DNA from: Treponemataceae bacterium
Lineage (GTDB): Bacteria > Spirochaetota > Spirochaetia > Treponematales > Rectinemataceae
Assembly (NCBI GenBank): GCA_963678065.2
Contig: CAXXVZ010000003.1
Location: forward strand, 704,001 to 768,000
DNA length: 64,000 nucleotides
Reading direction: 5' to 3'
This document shows, one piece after another, positions 21,478 to 32,079 of this stretch (its first letter is position 1; each line of letters begins with the position of its first letter). A program made the position numbers and the translations under genes. The notes beneath the pieces were generated by a model, which saw only the letters and a program-made list of their open reading frames with translations, made no database searches and had not been told where the DNA came from.

Positions 21478-23868
21478 TCACCGTAGCAGGAAAACCATCG
21501 TGACGCAATCTTCGACGATGGCCCGGAAGTGTCCGGATCTCCCCGAGTAATCGGCGAGCCACTCGCGGCTGCAGTTCTCCGGACAGCGGCCTCCGTTCCG
21601 GGAATGTCGCAGGAGACAGCCCATGCTGTGGAATAGAGGCGGTGTGTAATCACGGGAAAGCTCTGCCGGGGGATAGGCGAAGGCGAGTGGTCCAAGCATT
21701 TCCCTGACAGCGAGCACGGAGGCCGCGTTGGCGAGATTCAGCGTGGTATCCGCGAAGAACCCGGGGCGCCCGGGTTCCGGCAGGGCGCGGGCGATGCTGC
21801 GGGCAAGGTCCAGGGCGAAAGGGATATGGTGGAAGGCGGAAAGTCCCAGCATGACCCGTTTTCCCGACGCGGATTCAGCCTCTATTCTGGAGGTCACGAG
21901 CTCTGCGTAGGCCGCGAAATCCCTGACGAGAGGTGCGAGGGGAAACCAGAGAAATCCGCTGTACTCGGGGAGAGGGATGCGCGATTCAAGGACACGCGGC
22001 GTCGCGTAGGGCATCCCCTGAGGAAGTCTATCGTACGGGAAAACAAGATCCGATCGGGGAGGAGGCTCCATCCCGGAAGCCGCAAAGCCGGTCACGGAGG
22101 CCGCAGCCAGGGCTTTTGCGAAATCCGCTTCTGAGGCGAACTCGGCGCCGACGGCCGAGGCGACCGATTCGAGGGCATGCCGCTTTCTCATAGACTCGAC
22201 TATGCGGGAGCAGTCCTCGTACAGGGCCTTTTTGACCGCCTTGAGGCGCGAGGGCGGAAGGAAAAGATCTGCGACGGGAATGCCCTGGGGAGGAAGTCCG
22301 GGTCCTGTGGCCGGATCAGTATCCAGGTCGGGCAGGAGACAGAACTCCTTTGCGCCTGACTGGGCAAAAACCGAGAGGGCCCGGGCAAAGCCCTGCGGGG
22401 AGGAAGCGCGCTCGAAGGGCAGGATTTCGCCCGAAACGACAGTGGAGCACAGCGCCTGCCCCGGAAGACCAGTGCAGGCGGGAATCCGGAGATCCGCGCG
22501 GAACAGGCCGTCCCGGACTGATATCCTCATGCCTATCGCCATGAGAGCGGGAGGAAATTCCTCCGGGGCATGCTCCTTCCGGTCGAGGTATCGGGCCGAT
22601 ATCCGTGAAATCTCGGTTCCGGGAGCCGCCGCGGCCGGAGCAAGGATGATCACTCTGTCGCCGGGGAGAGCCTTCGCGAGCGGGCGCCCGGTTTGCGCAT
22701 CGCGCATCTGGTGCACGCCGAATTTTTCAGGTTCGGCCGGGGAGGGCCGGGAAAAAAACATGAGGCCGTCGCGCAGCCCGAGTATGCCCGAGAGCGCGAT
22801 CTCGAGCTCGAAGCCGGCGAGACCCGGCCGGGAAACGGGACGCGAAGCTATGACTGTGCCGACCGGCAGTCCGCGGTGGCCGGGGTAGGCCGCGTCGATG
22901 AGGTCTTCACCTGCGTGGAATCCAAGATATCCTTCGGTCGGAGCGCGGGAGAAAGCCAGTCTGGCTTCGTTTTTCGCGACCTCATGAGCCGTCGGGAAAT
23001 TGTTTACCCCGCCTGCCTGCACAGCGGGCGCTGCAGGAGACATCTTCCCGGACGCATCGGGAGTCGAGTCGAGGGCGGTGCGGTACATCCTGGCCACCGC
23101 GTGGCAATACTCGGGGCTCTTCATCCTGCCTTCGACCTTGAGTGAACTCACCCCCGCGCGGACGAGTTCGCCGATGCTCCCGGAAAGGTCGAGGTCTCTG
23201 CAGGAAAACCAGTAGCCGGGCTGCCCTCCCCTCTCGTCCCTATCCGATCGCTCGAACCAGGATCTGCATATCTGGGCACATTGCCCCCTGTTGCCTGACC
23301 GGCCGAGAAGGACGCCGGAGGCGTGGCAGAGCCCCGAATAGGAGTAGCAGAGGGCCCCGTGTATGAAAACCTCGAACTCCATACCCGGCGTTCGGGCGAT
23401 AAAATCGCGTATGCCCGCGAGTCCTGTTTCCCGCGGCAGGACGATGCGGGAAATCCCCTGAGTTCCCGCGAGGGCAGCCGCCTCGGCTGTCTGTATGGCC
23501 ATCTGGGTCGAGGCGTGAATGGACAGCCCCGGATAGGCTTGGCAGAGGAGGCGGACGATGCCCCAGTCCTGGACAATCACGGCGTCGGGTCGAAAATGGG
23601 CGAGAAAGGATGCAAGTTCCGCAACCGCCTGCAGTTCATCGTCGAACACGAGAGTGTTGAGGGCGACATATACCTTGCGCCCCAGACCCCGCGCATGCGC
23701 CAGGAGTCTCCTGTACTCTTCGGGTCCGAGGTTGCGGGCCTGGGCGCGCGCCGAAAACGACGAAAAGCCCAGATAGACCGCGTCGGCGCCGCCCTCGAAG
23801 GCCGCGAGTCCCGAGTCGAAACTCCCCGCGGGAAGAAGAAGTTCGGGCAGCTTCCGTGCTTGATCCAT
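21478..23868 (-). CDS. U32 family Fe-S protein, RlhA-like (probable rRNA hydroxylation)
   Basis: PELLLPAG, GADAVYLG, HASTQ, HGALCYSYSGLC...RGQCAQIC, LKVEGRMK; long C-terminal region. Confidence 0.8.
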   Translation of the reverse strand: MDQARKLPELLLPAGSFDSGLAAFEGGADAVYLGFSSFSARAQARNLGPEEYRRLLAHARGLGRKVYVALNTLVFDDELQAVAELASFLAHFRPDAVIVQDWGIVRLLCQAYPGLSIHASTQMAIQTAEAAALAGTQGISRIVLPRETGLAGIRDFIARTPGMEFEVFIHGALCYSYSGLCHASGVLLGRSGNRGQCAQICRSWFERSDRDERGGQPGYWFSCRDLDLSGSIGELVRAGVSSLKVEGRMKSPEYCHAVARMYRTALDSTPDASGKMSPAAPAVQAGGVNNFPTAHEVAKNEARLAFSRAPTEGYLGFHAGEDLIDAAYPGHRGLPVGTVIASRPVSRPGLAGFELEIALSGILGLRDGLMFFSRPSPAEPEKFGVHQMRDAQTGRPLAKALPGDRVIILAPAAAAPGTEISRISARYLDRKEHAPEEFPPALMAIGMRISVRDGLFRADLRIPACTGLPGQALCSTVVSGEILPFERASSPQGFARALSVFAQSGAKEFCLLPDLDTDPATGPGLPPQGIPVADLFLPPSRLKAVKKALYEDCSRIVESMRKRHALESVASAVGAEFASEADFAKALAAASVTGFAASGMEPPPRSDLVFPYDRLPQGMPYATPRVLESRIPLPEYSGFLWFPLAPLVRDFAAYAELVTSRIEAESASGKRVMLGLSAFHHIPFALDLARSIARALPEPGRPGFFADTTLNLANAASVLAVREMLGPLAFAYPPAELSRDYTPPLFHSMGCLLRHSRNGGRCPENCSREWLADYSGRSGHFRAIVEDCVTMVFLLR

Positions 23869-24008
23869 GCTATCCGATACCACGACGGCCGCAGAGAGTC
23901 CAGTACTCGCACAAGGCTCGCGCTGTCGCCAGGCAGCGGCAAAGGCCCGGCCCGGCGTCTCTGCGGGCACTTGTATTTTTCGCGCCTTCCTGAGAATATT
24001 GTAGTATC

Positions 24009-25643
24009 GTGATAACCGTTACAGAACTCACATTCGGATTCTCGGGCCGCACCCTGTTCAAGGACGTCAACCTCAAGTTCACCCCCGGCAACTGCTACGG
24101 TATCATCGGGGCGAACGGATCGGGCAAATCCACCTTCCTCAAGATCCTCTCCGGAGACTTAAAGCCGGACAAGGGCGATGTCATAATGGGACAAGGCAAG
24201 CGCATGGCCGTCCTCAATCAGGACCACTTCGCCTTCGACGACAGGCGCGTCCTCGAGACCGTCATCATGGGCTGGCCCCTCCTCTTCTCGATAATGAAGG
24301 AGAGAGAGTCCATCTATGAAAAAGCGGACTTCACCGAAGCCGACGGCATCCGCGCGAGCGAGCTCGAAAGCGAGTTCGCCGAGATGGGCGGCTGGGAGGC
24401 GGAAGCCCAGGCTGCCGTCCTCCTCTCAGGTCTCGGCGTCTCCGAATCCAATCACGACAGGATCATGGGCGACGTCGACGAGGGGACCAAAGTCCGCGTC
24501 CTTCTCGCCCAGGCCCTTTTCGGCAATCCGGACATCCTCCTCCTCGACGAGCCCACGAACGGTCTCGACCTCGATTCGATATCCTGGCTCGAGGAATTCC
24601 TCATCGATTTCCCCAACATCGTCATCGTCGTCTCCCACGACAGGCACTTCCTCAACGCCGTCTGCACCCACACCTGCGACATCGATTTCGGACACATCCG
24701 CATGTATTCGGGCAACTACGACTTCTGGTTCCGCATGAACCGCATCCTCGTCCAGCAGCTCAAGGACGAGAAGAAGAAGAACGAGGAGAAGGCCAAGGAC
24801 CTCAAGGAATTCATCCAGCGATTCTCCTCCAACGCCTCCAAGAGCCGCCAGGCGACCTCGCGCAAGAAAATCCTCGAAAAACTCGACCTCGGCAGCATCG
24901 TGCCCTCGAGCCGCCGCTTCCCCTATGTCGGCTTCAAGCCGGACAGGGATGTGGGCAACAATGTGCTCCGGGTCAAGGAGATACACGCCTCGGGCGACGA
25001 GGGCAAGATCCTCGACAACGTCAGTTTCGTCGTCAACAAGGGAGACAAGATAGCCCTCGTCGGCCACGAGCATGTCTCCAAGACCACGCTCTTCCAAATC
25101 CTCGCCGGGGAGACAGGGCCCGAATCCGGGGAAGTGGCCTGGGGCCAGACCATAACCTGGACCTATTTCCCCGCAGACAACACGAAGATATTCGATTCCG
25201 ACCTCTCCATCATGGAGTGGCTGCAGCAGTTCACCAAGTCCGACGACGAAACCTATATCCGCTCCTTCCTCGGCAGGATGCTCTTCTCGGGCGACGAGGC
25301 CCTGAAGCCCGTCCGCGTTCTTTCGGGAGGCGAAAAGGTCCGCTGCCTCCTGTCGCGGATGATGCTCTCCGGGGCGAACTGTCTGCTCCTGGACGAGCCG
25401 ACGAACCACCTCGACCTCGAGGCGATCACCGCCCTCAACGACGGTCTCATCGAGTTCCCGGGTGTCATGATCTTCACGAGCCACGACCATGAGTTCGTGA
25501 CATCCATCGCCAACCGGATCATCGAGATCTGCCCGGGCGGCATCATCGACCGCTACACCAGTTTCGATGACTATCTGACCGACACGGGCGTGGCCGAGCT
25601 CAGGGACAAGTACTACCACAAGCACATCGTCGCCGAGATATGA
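24009..25643 (+). CDS. ABC-F family ribosome-associated ATPase (YbiT/YkpA-like)
   Basis: Two ABC domains, no TM segments; GANGSGKST, LLDEPTN twice. Confidence 0.92.
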   Translation: MITVTELTFGFSGRTLFKDVNLKFTPGNCYGIIGANGSGKSTFLKILSGDLKPDKGDVIMGQGKRMAVLNQDHFAFDDRRVLETVIMGWPLLFSIMKERESIYEKADFTEADGIRASELESEFAEMGGWEAEAQAAVLLSGLGVSESNHDRIMGDVDEGTKVRVLLAQALFGNPDILLLDEPTNGLDLDSISWLEEFLIDFPNIVIVVSHDRHFLNAVCTHTCDIDFGHIRMYSGNYDFWFRMNRILVQQLKDEKKKNEEKAKDLKEFIQRFSSNASKSRQATSRKKILEKLDLGSIVPSSRRFPYVGFKPDRDVGNNVLRVKEIHASGDEGKILDNVSFVVNKGDKIALVGHEHVSKTTLFQILAGETGPESGEVAWGQTITWTYFPADNTKIFDSDLSIMEWLQQFTKSDDETYIRSFLGRMLFSGDEALKPVRVLSGGEKVRCLLSRMMLSGANCLLLDEPTNHLDLEAITALNDGLIEFPGVMIFTSHDHEFVTSIANRIIEICPGGIIDRYTSFDDYLTDTGVAELRDKYYHKHIVAEI

Positions 25644-25713
25644 ACCGGAAGGCTTCCTGAAAGAGGGTTTGATGCCCCTCTTTTGGCACCCTCTTCCGGC
25701 GGATCGATCGCGC

Positions 25714-25742
25714 TTGACGTCCAGTTTCGCGGGGTCTATGAT
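25714..25742 (+). promoter_or_regulatory. Sigma70-type promoter of the nucleoside transport operon
   Basis: TTGACG-N17-TATGAT about 50 nt upstream of the BMP start. Confidence 0.65.
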
Positions 25743-25792
25743 TCTTCCCGTGCCGGAAGGCACGTCCGGAATATGATCCTTTGGAGGGAAGC

Positions 25793-26872
25793 ATGAAACG
25801 TTCTGCAATGGCCCTGTTGATCCTCACCGTGGTTGCCTTCGGCGCCTTCGCCCAGGCAGTCACTCCCACAGTCCGGCTTCTCACCGACGCCACCGGCGTC
25901 GACGACAAGTCCTTCAACGCCGCGGCATGGCGCGGCATCCTCTCCTTCTATGGCGACACTTGGGAGAAACAGACCAAGCGCGGCAAGAGCTACGAGGTCA
26001 TCACCGCCCAGACCCAGGACATGTACATCCCCAACCTCCGGCAGGCCGCCGATGAAAAATACGACCTCATCATCGTGACCGGCTTCACCTGGGCCGACGC
26101 CCTCGGCGAGGTTGCCCCGAAGTATCCCAACCAGAAGTTCATGATCGTCGACGTGGACTGGGTGAGCCAGCCCAACGTCATGCAGGTCACCTTCTCCGAG
26201 CACGAAGGTTCCTACCTCGTCGGCGTCGCGGCGGCCCTCAAGGCCAATGCCGACGGCATCAAGAACCCGAAATTCGGCTTCATCGGCGGCGTACCCGGCC
26301 CCGTCATCACGAAGTTCGAGATGGGCTACGTTCAGGGAATCAAGTCCGTCATCAAGGACGCGCAGATTGTCGACTACTACGCCAACGACTGGGGCAAGCC
26401 CGAGCTCGCCAAGACCCAGGCCAAGAACTGGTATGATTCCGGTGTCTACGCCATCTTCTCCGCCGCGGGCGGCACCGGCAACGGCACTATCGCGCAGGCC
26501 AAGGAATATCGCTCGCAGGGCAAGAACGTCTGGGCGATCGGCGTCGATTCCGATCAGTTCCAGGACGGCGTCTACGCCGACGGGAAGTCCGCGGTCCTCA
26601 CTTCCATGCTGAAGCGCGTCGAGACAGCCTCCAAGGTCGCCCTCGACTCAGTCAAGAACAAGAAATTCAAAGCCGAAGTCCTCGTCCTCGACACGAAGAG
26701 CGAAGGCGTCGGCTTCTCCGACAAGAATCCCGCCCTGGACAAGGCCATGGTCGCCAAGATCAACGCCGCCAGGGATGATATCGTCAAGGGCAAGATCAAG
26801 GTTTACGAGACCTACGCCGAAGCCAAGGCCGCGGGCGCCGTTCCCGCCAACCTCCAGGCCAGCGACAAGTAA
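25793..26872 (+). CDS. BMP family (PnrA/TmpC-like) nucleoside-binding protein
   Basis: DDKSFN, FSEHEGSYLVG, AAGGTGNG, WAIGVDSDQ, LTSMLKRV. Confidence 0.9.
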   Translation: MKRSAMALLILTVVAFGAFAQAVTPTVRLLTDATGVDDKSFNAAAWRGILSFYGDTWEKQTKRGKSYEVITAQTQDMYIPNLRQAADEKYDLIIVTGFTWADALGEVAPKYPNQKFMIVDVDWVSQPNVMQVTFSEHEGSYLVGVAAALKANADGIKNPKFGFIGGVPGPVITKFEMGYVQGIKSVIKDAQIVDYYANDWGKPELAKTQAKNWYDSGVYAIFSAAGGTGNGTIAQAKEYRSQGKNVWAIGVDSDQFQDGVYADGKSAVLTSMLKRVETASKVALDSVKNKKFKAEVLVLDTKSEGVGFSDKNPALDKAMVAKINAARDDIVKGKIKVYETYAEAKAAGAVPANLQASDK

Positions 26873-26896
26873 CCCGCGCACCGCAATACCCGGCAA

Positions 26897-26945
26897 GGCG
26901 GATCACCCCCGACACTGTGTTTCGGGCGGGGATCCGCCGATTTTT
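26897..26945 (+). terminator. Intra-operon stem-loop after the binding-protein gene
   Basis: GGCGGATC...GATCCGCC stem followed by ATTTTT. Confidence 0.5.
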
Positions 26946-26981
26946 ATGCCGATCCCCACGAGCATTGGCAGGCAGGAAGCA

Positions 26982-28562
26982 ATGAGCGAATACGCCATCG
27001 AAATGCTGAACATCACGAAAGTTTTTCCTGGGGTCATCGCCAACGACGATGTGACCCTCCGCGTCCGGGACAACGAGATCCACGCCATCCTCGGCGAGAA
27101 CGGGGCTGGGAAATCGACGCTGATGTCGATACTCTTCGGTCTCTACGATGCGGATTCGGGCAGAATCCTCGTTCGCGGAAAACAGGCGCGGATCGGCGAT
27201 CCGAACGATGCCACAGCCCTCGGGATAGGCATGGTTCACCAGCATTTCAAGCTCGTGCACAACTACACGGTGAGCGAAAACATCATCCTCGGCATGGAGA
27301 GCCGGAACCGCTTCGGGAATGTCGACATCCGCAGCGCCGAAAAACGCGTGGCTGAGCTCTCGGAGCGCTACGGGCTCGCCGTCGACCCGAAGGCTCGGAT
27401 CGACTCCATAACCGTCGGCATGCAGCAGCGCGTCGAGATACTCAAGATCCTGTACAGGAACGCGGACATCCTCATCTTCGACGAGCCGACCGCGGTCCTC
27501 ACGCCCCAAGAGATCGACGAGCTCATGGCCATCCTCGGAAGGCTCGCAGCCGAAGGCAAGACGATCATTCTCATCACCCACAAGCTGAAGGAAATCAAGG
27601 AAGTCGCCTCCCGCTGCACCGTTCTCCGCCGCGGCAGGACGATCGACACGGTGGATGTCGCCACGGCGACCGAGGAATCGCTCGCCGAGATGATGGTGGG
27701 CCGCGCGGTGAAGTTCAGGATTGACAAGAAGCCCTGCACGCCGGGAGAGCTCGTGCTCTCCATCGAGAATCTCACCGTGGCGGGAGCCAAGGGCAACAAG
27801 GCGGTGCGCAATCTCTCCCTCTCGGTCAGGGCCGGGGAGATCCTCGGAATAGCCGGCGTCGATGGCAATGGCCAGAGCGAACTCATCGGCGCGCTGACAG
27901 GCCTCAGGAAGGTGGAATCCGGCACGATACGCCTCAAAGGAAAAGACATTACCCACGCCACGATACGGGAGCGCATCGACGCGGGTATCGGGCATGTGCC
28001 GGAGGATCGTCACCGCCACGGGCTCGTCCTCGATTTCCGTCTCGACGAGAACGCCGTGCTCAAGACCTACGGGCGGGCTCCTTACTGTTCGCGCGCAGGC
28101 ACCCTCGACTTCCGGAAGATAGCCGAACACGGCGCGGACCTCATCCGGCAGTACGACATCAGGGCGGGAAAGGGTCCGGCCACGAAGGCCGGCTCCATGT
28201 CCGGCGGCAACCAGCAGAAGGTCATCATCGCGAGGGAAATCGACCTTTCGCCCGAACTCCTCGTCGTCGCCCAGCCGACGCGCGGCCTCGACGTGGGGGC
28301 GATCGAGTACATCCACAGGCGGATCGTGGCCGAGCGCGACAAGGGGCGCGCGATCCTCCTCGTGTCCTTCGAGCTGGACGAGATAATGAATCTCTGCGAC
28401 AGGATCGCCGCCATATCGAAGGGCGAGATCATCGGCGTCGTCGATGCGGGAGAGGCGGATGAGCGCGCGATCGGAGCGATGATGGCCGGTTTCCGCAAGG
28501 ATGCCGGAAAGGCGGCTCCAGGGAGCGACTCTGCCGACCGCGCGAAGGAGGCATCCCGATGA
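26982..28562 (+). CDS. Nucleoside/sugar ABC transporter ATP-binding protein (NupA-like, two ABC domains)
   Basis: GENGAGKST, MVHQHF, SGGNQQK, QPTRGLDVG. Confidence 0.92.
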   Translation: MSEYAIEMLNITKVFPGVIANDDVTLRVRDNEIHAILGENGAGKSTLMSILFGLYDADSGRILVRGKQARIGDPNDATALGIGMVHQHFKLVHNYTVSENIILGMESRNRFGNVDIRSAEKRVAELSERYGLAVDPKARIDSITVGMQQRVEILKILYRNADILIFDEPTAVLTPQEIDELMAILGRLAAEGKTIILITHKLKEIKEVASRCTVLRRGRTIDTVDVATATEESLAEMMVGRAVKFRIDKKPCTPGELVLSIENLTVAGAKGNKAVRNLSLSVRAGEILGIAGVDGNGQSELIGALTGLRKVESGTIRLKGKDITHATIRERIDAGIGHVPEDRHRHGLVLDFRLDENAVLKTYGRAPYCSRAGTLDFRKIAEHGADLIRQYDIRAGKGPATKAGSMSGGNQQKVIIAREIDLSPELLVVAQPTRGLDVGAIEYIHRRIVAERDKGRAILLVSFELDEIMNLCDRIAAISKGEIIGVVDAGEADERAIGAMMAGFRKDAGKAAPGSDSADRAKEASR

Positions 28563-29710
28563 AAACCGACACGAAGACCCCCGCGATCGCGAAGGCGGCT
28601 GGCGGAGAATCCTTCCTCGATACCCTGTTCGCCTCGAACGGTTTCATCTCCGTGCTCGTCGTCGTCCTCGGCTTCGCATGCGGAACCGCCCTCGTCGCGG
28701 CCGTCGGAAAGAATCCGGCAGGCATGTATTCGGCCATGCTGCAGACCCTCACTGGCTTCGACATCACGAGGGGAAGCTGGAACATCCGCTATGTCGGCGA
28801 GTGGCTCACCGCCGCCATACCCCTCACCCTCTGCGGGCTCTCCATGGGGTTCGCCGCGCGGACGGGACTCTTCAACGTTGGCGCCGAGGGGCAGTACATC
28901 GTCGGACTCACGGCGGCCCAGATGGTCGCCCTTTTCTTTCCGCAGATCCCGGTTCTGCACTGGGTCCTCGCCGTTCTGGCCGGGGGCCTCGCGGGAAGTC
29001 TCTGGGGTGGCCTCGTCGGCTGGCTCAAGGCGAAGTTCGCCGTATCGGAAGTCGTCGCCACTATCATGCTGAACTACATCGCCTTTTTCCTCTCGCGCCT
29101 TCTCTGCCAGATGATACCCGGGGCCAACACCTACCGCACGCCGAACTTTCCCGCCACGGCGAGACTGACGAGCCCGCTGCTGGACAGGCTCACGAACGGC
29201 TCGCGGCTCAACTACGGCATCTTCATCGCGCTGGCCTGCTGCCTCGCGTACTGGTTCATCATCGAGCGCACGAAGCTCGGTTTCGAGCTCAGGGCCACAG
29301 GACTCAACAAGGAAGCGGCGCGCTACGGCGGCATCAAGGTGACAAGGGGTATCACGGTCTCGATGGCCGTCGCGGGCGCCTTCGCGGGGCTCGCCGGCGC
29401 CATCGTAGCCCTGGGGAGCTTCTCCTACGGCCGTGTCCTCGGCGGCTACGACAACTACGGATTCAACGGCATCGCGGTGGCCCTCGTCGGCAACAGCACG
29501 GCGGGGGGCACCCTGATCTCGGGCCTCCTCTTCGGCATGCTCGCCTCAGCCCAGCCCCTCATGCAGTCGCGCCAGATTCCGAAGGAAGTGACCTGGATCA
29601 TCTCCGGACTTGTCGTCGTCTTCATCTCCCTGCGGGCAGGATTCAGGCTCCTCATGCAGTGGCGGGCCAAAAGGATCGCGCGCACGGCGAAGGAGGCCCT
29701 CCATGAATAG
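28559..29710 (+). CDS. Nucleoside ABC transporter permease (NupB-like)
   Basis: GLFNVGAEGQ, SEVVATIMLNY, GFELRATG. Confidence 0.9.
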   Translation: MKTDTKTPAIAKAAGGESFLDTLFASNGFISVLVVVLGFACGTALVAAVGKNPAGMYSAMLQTLTGFDITRGSWNIRYVGEWLTAAIPLTLCGLSMGFAARTGLFNVGAEGQYIVGLTAAQMVALFFPQIPVLHWVLAVLAGGLAGSLWGGLVGWLKAKFAVSEVVATIMLNYIAFFLSRLLCQMIPGANTYRTPNFPATARLTSPLLDRLTNGSRLNYGIFIALACCLAYWFIIERTKLGFELRATGLNKEAARYGGIKVTRGITVSMAVAGAFAGLAGAIVALGSFSYGRVLGGYDNYGFNGIAVALVGNSTAGGTLISGLLFGMLASAQPLMQSRQIPKEVTWIISGLVVVFISLRAGFRLLMQWRAKRIARTAKEALHE

Positions 29711-30605
29711 CATCCTGCGTATGTTCCCCTCGATACTCATGATCGTCTCGCCCATCCTCATCGCCGCCGTGGGAGGCATGTTCTCCGAGAAGGCCGGGGT
29801 GGTCAACATCGCCCTCGAAGGCCTGATGGGCATCGGAGCCTTCACCGCGGCCACGGTCCACTATTTTCTCGAACAGGGCACTCCCCTGTCGGTCTGGATC
29901 GCCCTCGCGGCCGGACTCGTCGCGGGATGCGCCGTCTCCCTCATCCACGCTTTCGCCTCCGTCTCCCTCAACGCCGACCAGACCGTCTCGGGCACGGGCA
30001 TCAATCTCCTCGCCATGGGAGGAACTACCTTCCTCTGCCAGATCATATTCCGGCAGGAGAGGACGGAGCCCTTCCGGCTCGGCATGATGCCAGGCGTGGG
30101 GGGAATCTATCCTACAGCTTGGGTCGCCCTCACCGTGCTTCTCCTCGCCTGGTACTTCCTGTACCGCAGACCCTTCGGCCTCCATCTCCGGGCATGCGGC
30201 GAGCACCCCCAGGCCGCGGCCTCCGCCGGCATCGATGTGCATCGGATACGCTACATCGCGGTCATGTTATCGGGTGCGCTTGCGGGACTGGCCGGCGCAT
30301 GCCTCGTCCTCACCCAGACCATCCAGTACACCATGAACACCATAAACGGCGCGGGATTCATCGCCCTCGCGGCCGTCTCCTTCGGACGATGGCTCCCGAA
30401 GGGTGTCGCCGGCGCCTCTCTGCTGTTCGGAACCGCCGTGGCCCTCGCCATCTACATGGTCAACATAGAAGCCCTCCGCTTCTTGCCCTCGGAGGCCTTC
30501 AGCATCACGCCCTACGTGATAACACTCGTCACTCTCGTCATCTTCTCTGGCAAAGATTATGCGCCGAAGGCTTCGGGTCAGCCCTACGAGAAGGGCGGCA
30601 GCTGA
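29703..30605 (+). CDS. Nucleoside ABC transporter permease (NupC-like)
   Basis: SEKAGVVNIALEG, LRACGEHPQAA, GFIALAA..FGRW. Confidence 0.9.
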   Translation: MNSILRMFPSILMIVSPILIAAVGGMFSEKAGVVNIALEGLMGIGAFTAATVHYFLEQGTPLSVWIALAAGLVAGCAVSLIHAFASVSLNADQTVSGTGINLLAMGGTTFLCQIIFRQERTEPFRLGMMPGVGGIYPTAWVALTVLLLAWYFLYRRPFGLHLRACGEHPQAAASAGIDVHRIRYIAVMLSGALAGLAGACLVLTQTIQYTMNTINGAGFIALAAVSFGRWLPKGVAGASLLFGTAVALAIYMVNIEALRFLPSEAFSITPYVITLVTLVIFSGKDYAPKASGQPYEKGGS

Positions 30606-30649
30606 AGCTGCACAACCGGCTTTTCAAGCTTTTCAAGGAGAACAGAAAC

Positions 30650-31417
30650 ATGGACCACAGCGACCACAAAAACCACAACCCGGCAGGCTTGCCCGATTAC
30701 TTCCAGGGCACTCCGCACAACGCGGCCCGCCAGGGCGACATCGCCCCGACCGTCCTCATGCCGGGAGACCCACTCCGGGCCCGCTTCATCGCCGAAAATC
30801 ATCTCTCCGACGTGGCGCAGTTCAGTTCTGTCCGCAACATGCTCGGATTCACCGGCACCTGGAAGGGGAAGCGCGTCTCTGTCATGGGCTCTGGCATGGG
30901 CGCTCCCTCGATGGGCATCTATTCCTTCGAACTCTTCGCCTACTACGGGGTCGAGAGGATCATCCGGATCGGCACCTGTGGGGGGCTCACCGATGATATC
31001 GACGTCGGTGACCTCGTCTTCGCCATGACGGCGAGCACTGACTCCAACTACGCGCACCAGTACAGGCTGAGCGGTTCCTTCTCCCCCTGCGCCGACTATT
31101 CTCTCCTCGAAAAGGCCGTCTCTGTCGCGAGGTCGAAGGGATACCGGCACTGGGCAGGCGGAATTCTCTCCTCCGACACCTTCTCGCTCTACAGCGCCTT
31201 GCCGCCTGACGAAGGCTGGAAGAAGTGGGCCCGCATGGGCTGTGCGGCGACGGATATGGAGTGCTTCGCCCTGTACTGCAACGCCGCCTGGCTCAAAAAG
31301 AAGGCGCTCACCATCCTGACCTGCTCCGACTCCAACCTCAGCCGGAAAGAGATGTCCCCCGCGGAGAGGCAGCAGTCTCTCGGCGCGATGTTCGACGTCG
31401 CCCTGGAGATAGCGTGA
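30650..31417 (+). CDS. deoD: Purine nucleoside phosphorylase, DeoD-type
   Basis: TPHN, LMPGDPLRA, VRNMLGFTG, GMGAPSMGIY, IRIGTCG. Confidence 0.9.
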   Translation: MDHSDHKNHNPAGLPDYFQGTPHNAARQGDIAPTVLMPGDPLRARFIAENHLSDVAQFSSVRNMLGFTGTWKGKRVSVMGSGMGAPSMGIYSFELFAYYGVERIIRIGTCGGLTDDIDVGDLVFAMTASTDSNYAHQYRLSGSFSPCADYSLLEKAVSVARSKGYRHWAGGILSSDTFSLYSALPPDEGWKKWARMGCAATDMECFALYCNAAWLKKKALTILTCSDSNLSRKEMSPAERQQSLGAMFDVALEIA

Positions 31418-32079
31418 CCGAGGGCGACGACGCGCGGGATCTGCCCGATGCCGCGCGAACCTTCCTCGCCACGATGCGGCGCCGCTATGCCTGCAAACGG
31501 TTCGGCGCCGGACGCGACCTGCCGCCACCCCTCTGCGACTACATCATGGAATGCGGCAGGCTCTCCCCCTCGTCCTTCGGTCTGGAACACTGGAAATTCG
31601 TCGGCATAGTGAAGCCAGGGAAAGATTCACCCTGGTTCGATGCCTGTTTCGCGCAGGACCTGGTCGCGTCCGCACCCCTTCTCGTCGTCATCCTCGTCCA
31701 CACAGCCGGATCCTACCATCCCGACTCTCCCTTCGTGCGCTCGCGCTCGGAACGTTTTCCGGGCGGCCATTCCGTGTTCCGCGCCGATTACGAGGGATAC
31801 CACCGCTTCCTGTCCCGGAATGAAAGGGTCCTGCATTGGGCGCGCTCCCAGGCATACATAGCCGCGGCCAACATGATGACTGGCGCAATTTGTGCCGGCG
31901 TCGACAGTTGCGCCATCGAAGGATTTTCAGAGGAATCGGTCCTCGGAATTCTCGGACTCGACTCCTCTGACTGGTCGGTCGGCCTCCTCGTCGCATTCGG
32001 CTACCGCGATGAGGCGATCCGTGATAAAATTCGGGAAGATTTTTTCTCCATCGTGGAATTCAAAAAGGCGGGACCATGA
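31414..32079 (+). CDS. Nitroreductase family flavoprotein
   Basis: RRYACKRF, LSPSSFGLEHWKF, GVDSCAIEGF, FGYR; GTGA overlap with deoD. Confidence 0.88.
   Translation: MTEGDDARDLPDAARTFLATMRRRYACKRFGAGRDLPPPLCDYIMECGRLSPSSFGLEHWKFVGIVKPGKDSPWFDACFAQDLVASAPLLVVILVHTAGSYHPDSPFVRSRSERFPGGHSVFRADYEGYHRFLSRNERVLHWARSQAYIAAANMMTGAICAGVDSCAIEGFSEESVLGILGLDSSDWSVGLLVAFGYRDEAIRDKIREDFFSIVEFKKAGP

Noticed and set aside
25683..25700. TTGGCAC as a sigma54 site upstream of the BMP gene
   Set aside because: No GC at the -12 position; it adjoins a terminator-like hairpin and a good sigma70 promoter follows.
24426..28316. Long antisense ORFs (460 aa and 506 aa), and similar ones opposite the GRE, clpX, glnS and tyrS
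   Set aside because: Shadow frames of GC-rich genes with strong codon bias; no recognisable motifs or RBS.
30619..30637. Short direct repeat GCTTTTCAAG upstream of deoD
   Set aside because: Too short and overlapping the RBS region; compatible with chance.
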